Source: Eledone cirrhosa (Eukaryota). From it: 64,000 nt of DNA. The notes under the pieces are model-generated. The model worked only from the letters and a program-made list of their open reading frames with translations. It did not search any database and was not told where the DNA came from. A program made the position numbers and the translations under genes. The DNA is taken from positions 352,098,001-352,162,000 of the forward strand of contig OZ024743.1 in the NCBI GenBank assembly GCA_964016885.1, given 5' to 3'. Shown in pieces: positions 12,845 to 22,150 of the stretch (the first letter of the stretch is position 1; each line of letters opens with the position of its first letter).

Positions 12845-13553
12845 GCGGCTTAATTTGACTCAACACGGGAAAACTCACCCGGTCCGGACACCGGTAGGAT
12901 TGACAGATCGATAGCTCTTTCTCGATTCGGTGGGTGGTGGTGCATGGCCGTTCTTAGTTGGTAGAGCGATCCGTCTGGTTGATTTCGATAACGAACGAGA
13001 CTCCGGCCTGCTAACTAGCGCGTCGATTAGTGCTTTTCCGGTAGCATGGCGGCGCCGAAGCCGTCGTCGGTAAGCTGTCCTGCGTTCGTTTTTTTTCCCT
13101 TTTTCTTCGAGCTCGGGCTTCCGTTGCCGTTGCCGTCGTCGTCGCGTCGTCGTCGTCTTCTTCTTTCGCGAGTTCGCTTGCGGAATGGAGGAATGAAGGC
13201 AGCGCTGGCGGAGGCGGCGGTCGGTTTTTCGGGCTCGGGAGGGGGGGACCGGCGCGATCAGCCCCGGCGTCGGCACGTCGTCGCGTCCGGGCCAGTCGGT
13301 TGGCGAACGCAGCGCTTCTTAGAGGGACGGGCGGCAGAAAGCCGCACGAGGCGGAGCGATAACAGGTCTGTGATGCCCTTAGATGTCCGGAGCCGCACGC
13401 GCGCTACACTGGAGGTATCAGCGGGCGCCACTCCCCCGGCCCGAGAGGGTCGGGAAACCTCTGAACCACCTCCCGTGATAGGGATCGGGGCCTGGAACCA
13501 ACCCCGTGAACGAGGAATTCCCGGTAGGCGCGGGTCATCAGCCCGCGTCGATC

Positions 13554-13596
<43 letters not shown>

Positions 13597-13739
13597 CGAA
13601 CGGTCCGGTGAGGTCCTCGGATCTGGCCGACGAGTTCGCAGGCCGTGCGGCGGCGTTTCGATTCGGCCGTCAGGTCGGTTCGTTGCCGTCGTCGGTGCGC
13701 TCTCTGATGGCCCGGAGAAGACGACCGAACCCGATCGCT

Positions 13740-13797
<58 letters not shown>
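10926..13797 (+). rRNA. 18S rRNA: 18S rRNA (2872 nt, large V2/V4/V7 expansions)
   Basis: Starts tacctggttgatcctgccag; contains gtgccagcagccgcggtaa and aaacttaaaggaattgacgg; ends gtaggtgaacctgcggaaggatcatta. Confidence 0.98.
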
Positions 13798-14328
13798 CCG
13801 CGTATATTATCGTTTATTGCCGACGCTGCCGCCAAACGAAAGCCGCCTTATTTTCGTTATTCGATGATCACAACAACGGTCGGGTTCGTCATCTGAAGAC
13901 GCCTAGCAGACGGCGTAACCCGTTAAATGGAGCGAGCGCCGTTTTGCGAAATCGCCGCCAATATCGCTTACTGCGCGTCTACAGCCGCCTAAACCGCTCC
14001 TACCGTTATTTTTTTTTCTTTTGCCGGCGCCAGCACGGCGCTCGGCTGATAACATTTGCGCATCGTTCGATTTCGTATCCGAAAGAACGTATTTTTTCGA
14101 CGTGCCCTTCTTATTTTTCTCCTCCTCTCACCTCGCCCGCGGAAGCAGCAAAGCAGCCAGCAGCAGACAAACCGCAGCGAGCAGCGAACGTGAAAACCTC
14201 CCGTGAATAACGTCGCTGTCGCCGCCGCCGCCGTCCTCCGCCATCGTCTACCGTTGGTTGTTTCTATGCTTTCGCGTTCATTTTACCGTGTTTTTTTTTT
14301 TCGTTTTCGTTTTCGTTTAAAATTGACA
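13798..14328 (+). other. ITS1
   Basis: Between the 18S 3' end and the 5.8S 5' end. Confidence 0.85.
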
Positions 14329-14490
14329 AAACCCTGGACGGGGGATCACTCGGCTCGTCCGTCGATGAAGAGCGCGGCTATCCGCGTGAACTGATGCGAA
14401 TTGCAGGACTCAGTGAACATCGACACCTCGAACGCACATTGCGGCCCCGGGATTCCACCGTCCCGGGGCCCCGTCCGGTCGAGAGGCGGT
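14329..14490 (+). rRNA. 5.8S rRNA: 5.8S rRNA
   Basis: ggatcactcggctcgtccgtcgatgaaga...gcgaattgcagga...gaacgcacattgcggcccc; ends approximate. Confidence 0.95.
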
Positions 14491-15022
14491 CACGATACAA
14501 TCGCGATGTCTGCTGTTTCGCCATGCGCCGCCCGCTCACGAGAGTGAGAGATGAAAGAGAGAAACACATCCGCCTTTTGCGCTGCTGCCGCTGCCCGCCT
14601 TAGCGAAGCGCAGTTTCTTTTCTTTTTCTCTTCTCTTTTGCGCCATGGTAACAGCGGGAAGTCGGGAGTCGCAGAAGAAGCGAGAGTCGTCGCTCGCGGA
14701 ACGCTCCGCTTCGGAGATCGTCGCACGGAAAGAGAAAGATTTAGAAGAAGGGAAGACGAGAAGGGTAAAAAGAAACGCAGTAACACAGGCGCGGTCGTTG
14801 TTCGTCGGCCGGCGTTCGCTCTGCGAGTCGCCAAAAACACAAAGCGTTCGTGTCGGCCGACGAGAAACGATTTCGATGCCGCTTCTTTTTTTCCCATTTC
14901 TCTCGTCTTTTCCACATTCCGCCTTGGCGCCCGCTCTATATCGCCAACCTCTTCTTTATCAATGCCGCCTTCTTCTTACCGTCCTCGTTCTTCGTATTCA
15001 GCGTATTCGGCGTATGCGAATA
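14491..15022 (+). other. ITS2
   Basis: Between 5.8S and 28S; 64 bp shorter than in copy 2. Confidence 0.85.
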
Positions 15023-16517
15023 GCTGCCCTCGACTCGGACGCGACTACCCGCCGAACTTAAGCATATCGCTAAGCGGAGGAAAAGAAACCAACCGGGATT
15101 CCCTTAGTAACGGCGAGTGAACTGGGAGGAGCCCAACGCTGAATCTCGTCGTCCGCAAGCAGGCCGTCGAGAGCTGTGGCGCAAGGGTCGTACACGGTCG
15201 TTCGTTTCGCCCGGCTAGGTTCGGAGTCCCCTCGATCGGGGCTGCCCAAAGCGGATGCCAGGCCCATTCGGAGCCGGCGGCGGTCGACAGTGTCTCTTTC
15301 TTCGGCCCGAGAGTCGGGTTGCTTGGGAACGCAGCCCAAAGCGGGTGGTAAGCTCCATCCAAGGCTAAATACCGGGACGAGTCCGATAGCCGACAAGTAC
15401 CGCGAGGGAAAGTTGAAAAGAACTTTGGAGAGAGAGTTCAAGAGACCGTGAAACCGCCCAGGGGTTAAACGGGTAGGACCGTTCACCGCGATCGCGAGGG
15501 GACTCAGTCCGCTGCTGTTTTAAGGCGCCGTCGTCGTCGGCGGCGGTCTCTCGTTTCGACGAGTCGACCGCCGACCGCCTCGCCGGCGTTACGATTCGCA
15601 GGGTGCCGGCATCGGACGCACTTCCCCTTCGATCCCTCGTCGCGACCCGTTCCCGTCAGGCTGGATGGCGCGCGGTGTCCGCAGGTCGCAGAGCGGCGTC
15701 CCGCCTAGAAAACGAACCATTCCCGGTTCGCTTTCGAAGCGGGTTTCCGAAAACAGCGCTTCTCTCGACCGGGCCCGTCGCTCGGCGGTGGTTTTCATCG
15801 TCCCAGGCACGGCTAACAGGCGGGGACGGGACAAACGCGCGTGTTCCTTTATTAGCCGCAGCGCCGTTCGTATATGCTTAGGTTGGTTTTTTTAAATATC
15901 CTTTAAAATTTCTGATCGGCTTTCGAGAAAGCGGCCGCCTCGTTCGCTCGCCCCGTTTGCTTTTTCTCTTTTGCTCTCTTTGCGGAGCAGGAGGGAGCGG
16001 GTCGCTGGGCGGACGAGGATCGCGAGCCGTCCGCTGCTGCAGGTCTGCGACGAGCATCGGCAACCTACCCGACCCGTCTTGAAACACGGACCGAGGAGTC
16101 CCAGTCGGTTGCGAGTCGTTGGAGCGAAAGAAATCGAATTTAACGAACTCCGACGGCGAAGTGAAAGCGAGAACGTGACGCGTCGTCGACGGCGGCGTTA
16201 GAGGCTGGTTTGAATTGACGGCATGCGGCATGGCCTTCGGGTCGTGTCGCTGTTGTTTTTTTCTTCTTTTTTCCGCGCCGTCGTAGGCGTTTCGAAGCAT
16301 CGTTCCCGGGTCGGGTGTGCGCGTCGCGTGGCGGCTTTCGGGCCGTCGGCGCGGCGCGCTCCGACTCAGGTGTAGCAGGCGGCCGGGGACCCGAAAGATG
16401 GCGATCCACGCCCGGTCGGGACGAAGCCAGAGGAAACTCTGGTGGAAGTCCGAAGCGCCTCTGACGTGCAAATCGATCGTCGGAACCGGGTGTAGGGGCG
16501 AAAGACCAATCGAGCCG

Positions 16518-16560
<43 letters not shown>

Positions 16561-18582
16561 CGCCAGCAGCAGACAGAACGACACGCAATTCCGTCCGGTA
16601 AAGCGAACGACTGGAGGCCCCGGGGACGTTGACGGCCTCGATCTACTCTCGAACTCGGAACGGGCGAAACGGGCCGCTCTCTCTCCCGATCGGAGGCGGC
16701 CGCCGTCTCGGCGACGAATGCACGGTGCCAAGTGGGCCACTTTTGGTAAGCAGAACTGGTGATGTGGGATGAACCGAACGTCCGGCTAAGGTGCCCTACG
16801 CTTCGCCCATTAGATCCCCGAAAGGGTGTCGGTCGATATAGACAGCAGGACGGTGGCCACGGAAGTCGGAATCCGCTCAGGAGTGTGTAACAACTTACCT
16901 GCCGAATCGACCGGCCCCGAAAATGGATGGCGCTGGAGCGAGCGACCGATGCCGGACCGGCCAGGCGATAGGCGAAAAAAGGTAACACGACGTAACTTTC
17001 TTCGATGCCTGGTCGAGTAGGAGGGCGCCGCGGCGTGCACGGAAGCCGCGGGCGTGAGCCGGGGTGAAGCCGACCGCGGGTGCAGATCTCGGTGGTAGTA
17101 GCAAATATTCGAACGAGACCTTCGAAGACCGAAGTGGAGAAGGGTTCCGTGCCAACGGCGGTCGAGCACGGGTCAGTCGGTCCTAAGAAGCGGGCGAAAG
17201 CTTGTACGAAAGGCGCCGGATCCGTTGTCGAGAAAGAGGAAAAAAAAAGAAAAAAACCCCTTTTTTTTTTTTGGCTTCTCTGTTTTTGTTACGGCCGGCC
17301 TTGCATCGAAAGGGAATCGGGTTAATATTCCCGAACCCGTACTCGGAGAGTGCTCGTCCGTCGGTGGAATTTAACGCGTCGTCGCGTCATCGAAGCCGGC
17401 GGTCGGGCGAAGCAGCGGCAACGCAAGCGAGCCCGGAGACGTTGCCGGGAGCCCTGGGAAGAGTTCTCTCTTCTTCGTAAAGGACCGCGTCCGTGGAATC
17501 GGCTCGTCCGGAGATACGGATATGGTACCTGTAGAGCGCCGCGTCTCGGGCGGCGTCCGGTGCGCTCTCGGCGGCCCTGGAAAATCCGGGTCCGTAACGA
17601 TTCGCAGCTCTCGAGTCGGTCCGTACCCACCATCCGCAGCAGGTCTCCAAGGTGTACAGCCTCTCGTCGATAGCGCCAATGTAGGTAAGAGAAGTCGGCA
17701 AAATGGATCCGTACCTTCGGAAGAAGGATTGGCTCCGAGGACCGGGTCGGTCGGGCCGTGTGTGTGTCGGCCTGTCGGCCGTCTTGTTGTTTTTTTCCAA
17801 AAACTCGGGATCGGTCGCGCGGCACGTCTGTACGCGAAGCGGTGAACCGGTACGGGGCTGTAGCGTTGGCGTCGGACTTGACGTTCGAGCGTCGGTCGGG
17901 TGGTCGATTTGCGCCCGTTTCGTTTGCGTTCGTTTCGTTTTTCCTTGCCCTTCTTTCGGTTGGCGGCGAGGAGAGAGAGGAAGAAGGCGGCGGCGGCGGC
18001 TGCGGGTTGGTCGCGCGGAGGCGGACGGGGTTTGTTGAAAGATTACCGCGGAGGAGGGATGAAGGCGTAGCAGTAGACGGGGGGAGAGGCTTGTCGCTCG
18101 CAAGGGCGGTTTGTTTTTTTTTTCGTTTTTCTGCTCGCTTTTGTTTTGTTCTTTCGGTTTTTTTTTCTCTTTCCTTTACTGTTCGTCGCAGTGCCGGCGG
18201 CTCGCGCGTCGTCGTCGTCTTTTTTTCTTCGTTTTCTTCGTTTTTGTCGGTCGGAAACAAAAACGGGGGGCTTGGAGAGGCGCTAGCTTGGCGTTGGCGA
18301 GCGGCGTTTCGGTCGGTTGCTTTTTGCGACGTTCGATGCGTAGTGGGCGCGAACAACACGGCTCCACGCCCGGGACACCGTGGAGCGACACGGTTTCGGG
18401 CTCGTTGGCGCGTCGGTTAGCTTCCTTTCTTTCTTGTTCGCGAGGAGGAGGGCGGTTGCCGAGACGCGCGGCAGGCGTTCGGCCGGCGGCGAACGGTCAA
18501 CTCGAAACTGGTACGGACCGGGGGAATCCGACTGTCTAATTAAAACAGAGCATCGCGTAGCCGGCCGAGCCGCATAGACGCG

Positions 18583-18614
<32 letters not shown>

Positions 18615-18630
18615 AGTGAAGAAATTCAAC

Positions 18631-18660
<30 letters not shown>

Positions 18661-18669
<9 letters not shown>

Positions 18670-18882
18670 GTCGGCGCTACCCTTGACGTGGGAAGAGAGC
18701 TTAAATCCGTGGTTAGAGCTGTACGAGTGAGTCAACTTGACGCGTACCTTTGGAAGTTTGACTCCTTTCGGAGGTTGGCGCCCTCTTCGAGGGGTCGGTT
18801 CCGGGGTGCGGGTTCGGGTTGGCTCGGCAGGTTTTACCATACTCGGTTGGTCTGCCACATTAAGGATGAACTAATTGGCGCC
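18661..18882 (+). ncRNA. HDV-like self-cleaving ribozyme fold spanning the 28S/insert 5' junction
   Basis: P1 ctctctt(18663-69)/aagagag(18693-99); P2 ggcgcta(18673-79)/tggcgcc(18876-82); P3 ccc(18680-82)/ggg(18690-92); 7-nt L3 ttgacgt; P4 base atcc/ggat plus gtgg/ccac; J4/2 aCtaat. Folded by eye. Confidence 0.75.
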
Positions 18883-19828
18883 TAAATTATGATTGTAATA
18901 ATTATATAAAAATCATATATCCGTACGGTAGCTGGGGGCCGTTTTAAAACCAGTAACCGAGGGGTCGGGATGGGCCCCTTAGGTTTACTAACTGCAGCGG
19001 GCCGCTGTGGTGGCTCCATGATCATTACAGCGAACGTGATGGGATGTGGAGTCGCCGTGGTGGCTTGCTGTGGTACTTAACCACCCTCGAGGGCTGACAG
19101 GGAGCCGGGATACGCCCTCTGGATTAGAGCCGGCTCAAACCTTTTTTTTTTTTTTTTTTTTTGTCCTTGTTTTTTTTTGTGTGGGCGCGGAAGTGCCTGG
19201 AAACTCTCTTCCTAGTTTTTTTTTTTTATTAACTCGGTGAGCGGTCGGATATAATATCCGAGAAGGAAAAGTAAGACGTCTCCGCCGTTCCGCTAGTCTG
19301 GTGGTTCGCCTTGGGAAAGCGATAGAACCACCTTATCCCCCCGTTGCAGGGTTACGCGTTGCTTAAAGGAAAGTGCTTTTTTTTATTATTAACAGTTTCG
19401 TTAATAATATTTTAGGAATAGGAAGGGAGTGATGAAATGGCTTCTGGAGCGCCCCACAACTTTTTTTATTTTTTTTTTATAGAGTACAATGTACGGCCAG
19501 GGAGTTTGGAGCCTCCCTGTGCGGGATTCCGGCAACAGGATCTCCGCGCGGGGTTCGGTTCCGGTTGCTTACTTGGTGCGTACAACCAAGTAAGCAACCG
19601 GGAGGGCTTAGTGTCTCGCATGGCTCGCTCGCTGAGGTGGCTCCCAGCCAGCCCCCGCGGGGTCCATGGCTTGGCCTGCTCTCTTGGCGTGACCAACCAA
19701 ATTTGACAGGGCACGCCGTTCATGCCATAGTTTGCTTGATGACGTTGGCCCGTGGGACCACCCACTTTAAAAAAAAGGGAAAGGCGGCTTATACTTTGCA
19801 AAAAGTATAAGTTAATAGCCAGCTAAAA
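18670..19828 (+). mobile_element. 1159-bp ORF-less insertion at the R2 target site (putative non-autonomous R2 derivative, SIDE-like)
   Basis: Canonical 28S gactctcttAAGGtagccaaatg reads gactctctt[insert ending gctaaaa]tatccaaatg here. The 3' junction is at the R2 first-strand nick, AAGG is lost, there is no TSD and no RT ORF, and the 5' end folds as an HDV-like ribozyme. Confidence 0.88.
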
Positions 19829-19831
19829 TAT

Positions 19832-19868
<37 letters not shown>

Positions 19869-19903
19869 CGGATCAACGAGATTCCCACTGTCCCTATCTA
19901 CTG

Positions 19904-19938
<35 letters not shown>

Positions 19939-19944
19939 CGGATC

Positions 19945-19985
<41 letters not shown>

Positions 19986-20555
19986 TTTTGTGAGGGCACA
20001 CGGTAGGCGTAGCATAGGCGGGAGCAATCTTGCGTCTCTCGGCTGGCGGCAGCGTCGTTTGCGGGTCGCTTGCGGCTTTGCGGCGGCGTTCGCCGTCTGT
20101 CGGGTACCGTGCGCGTTTGCGTCGATGAAAAACCGCCACTTCCGTAGTTTCTTCGCTCACTCGATTGAGAAGGGACGGGGCCGTCGCCGAGCGGTGGTTC
20201 ATTTATCTGGTGCGAAGCGTGCGGTGCATGTCGCGCGCGCACACGTTGTGCGCCGACGCAGCCGATGCGCGACCCTTAGTCGAGAACAGTGTCGGTCGGG
20301 GAGTTTGACTGGGGCGGTACGTCTGTCAAAGGGTAACGCAGGTGTCCCAAGGCGAGCTCAGCGTGGACGGAAACCACACGTTGAGCAAAAGGGCAAAAGC
20401 TCGCTCGATCTCGATTTTCAGTACGAATACGGACCGCGAAAGCGTGGCCCATCGATCCTTTCCGAATAGCGGCGAGCTATGCGTCCGCCGAGAGGTGTCA
20501 GAAAAGTTACCACAGGATAACTGGCTTGTGGCGGCCAAGCGTTCGCAGCGACGTC

Positions 20556-20593
<38 letters not shown>

Positions 20594-21682
20594 CGAAGCA
20601 GAATTCGCAAAGCGTTGGATTGTTCACCCACTAACAGGGAACGTGAGCTGGGTTTAGACTGTCGTGAGACAGGTTAGTTTTATCCTACCGATGCATTGCG
20701 TGTAGGCGGCGGCGGTGGCGGCTGCAGCCACCTTCTCGAAGGCGGCTGCGGTCGGCGTCGCCGCCGGCAACGTCAACTCGGCTACGGCTATCCCGTCCAG
20801 TACGAGAGGAACCGCGGGATCAGAGCAACGGTTTGCGCGCTCGCTCGATAGAGCGGTGGTGCCAGGCTGCCTCTGAGCGATAACGGCTGAACGCCTCTAA
20901 GCCGGAACCGTAGCCGGACCCGAGTTGTTTTTCGAAAGCGTCTCAACCTTCTTAAGGCGCATGCCTTAGTTTGGCGATTGCCGTCCGTTCGGCGAAGTCG
21001 CTTCCCTTTTCGGGGTGCGCGTCGTCGTCGGCGGCAGCGTCAGCGGAATTGCCATTCTGTGACGATTACGACGATTCGTCGTCGTTGTCGTCCGTTCGAT
21101 TTGTCGAAAGAGATCGAGACGAAAAGGATCGCTTGTATACGACTCGACTTGCCGTTCGGAGTGACGTGCTTAGTAGAGCAGCTACCACACTGCGATCTAT
21201 TGAGTCTCTTCTCACGAACGACACGATCCGCCCACCGAGGCGGCAGACACCAAAAAAAAAAAAAGAAATTTGAAAAGCGGCTAAGGAAGGAAGGAACGAA
21301 CGAACGAGAGATAGCAGCAGCAGCAGCAGCAGCTAGCGGGTTGGAGCAATGACTCGGTTTTCTTTCGACGGGTTAGCGTAGCAACAATGACGACGACAAC
21401 ATACAAACAAGTCCGCTCCTTAGCCGCCGCCAATTGTTAGGTTCGTTCTTTATTACACTTCCACCGCTGCTACTGCAAACCACCAACCACTTTCCGCGCG
21501 CCAACTTTTACGACGATTTCGCTCGCTCGCTCGCCGCTCGTTTGCCAGGTTGCGCCAACGACCCTCAAGGTCGATTAGCATCGAAAATAGAGAGAGTTCG
21601 CGGTGAATGCGACACAGCCTTGGTTCGAGTGCCGCCGATCCGTCTTCCGAGTTGGTTATTTTTGCGTGTGTTACACGTAGCC

Positions 21683-22150
21683 GCCGCCCATCCGTCGTCC
21701 GAGTTGGTTAGTTATGTTTGACGTGTAGCAGGCGGATTCTGTTTTGTGTGTGTGTCTGTGTGTGATACAAGCCGCCCATCCGTCGTCCGAGTTGGTTAGT
21801 TATGTTTGACGTGTAGCAGGCGGCGGATTCTGTTTTGTGTGTGTGTCTGTGTGTGATACAAGCCGCCCATCCGTCGTCCGAGTTGGTTAGTTATGTTTGA
21901 CGTGTAGCAGGCGGCGGATTCTGTTTTGTGTGTGTGTCTGTGTGTGATACAAGCCGCCCATCCGTCGTCCGAGTTGGTTAGTTATGTTTGACGTGTAGCA
22001 GGCGGATTCTGTTTTGTGTGTGTGTCTGTGTGTGATACAAGCCGCCCGTCTTCCAAGTTATGTTTTAAGTGTAGCCGATGGTGTGTGTGTCTGTGTGTGA
22101 TACAAGCCGCACATCCGTCGTCCGTCTTCCAAGTTATGTTTTACGTGTAG
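21683..22150 (+). repeat. 88-91-bp tandem repeats downstream of 28S (candidate Pol I terminator / fork-barrier array)
   Basis: Units gccgcccatccgtcgtccgagttggttag...gtgtgtgatacaa start at 21683, 21771, 21862 and 21953, then degenerate from 22041. Function inferred from position only. Confidence 0.85.

Larger units (their letters stand above)
15023..21230 (+). rRNA. 28S rRNA: 28S rRNA, interrupted at 18670-19828 by an R2-site insertion (~5.05 kb net)
   Basis: acccgccgaacttaagcatat, gacccgtcttgaaacacgga, H69 gggagtaactatgactctc, PTC ccacaggataactggc, sarcin-ricin loop agtacgagaggaacc, 3' ctgcgatctattga; ends approximate. Confidence 0.97.

Noticed and set aside
18670-19828. Group I intron at the Tetrahymena/Physarum L1925-type position
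   Set aside because: Four exon bases (AAGG) are missing, the insert ends in AAAA rather than G, the 5' pairing lacks the splice-site U.G, and I could not find a P7 core. The junction fits R2-type insertion.
21683-22150. CRISPR-like array
   Set aside because: Whole units are repeated with no unique spacers, and the context is eukaryotic rDNA.
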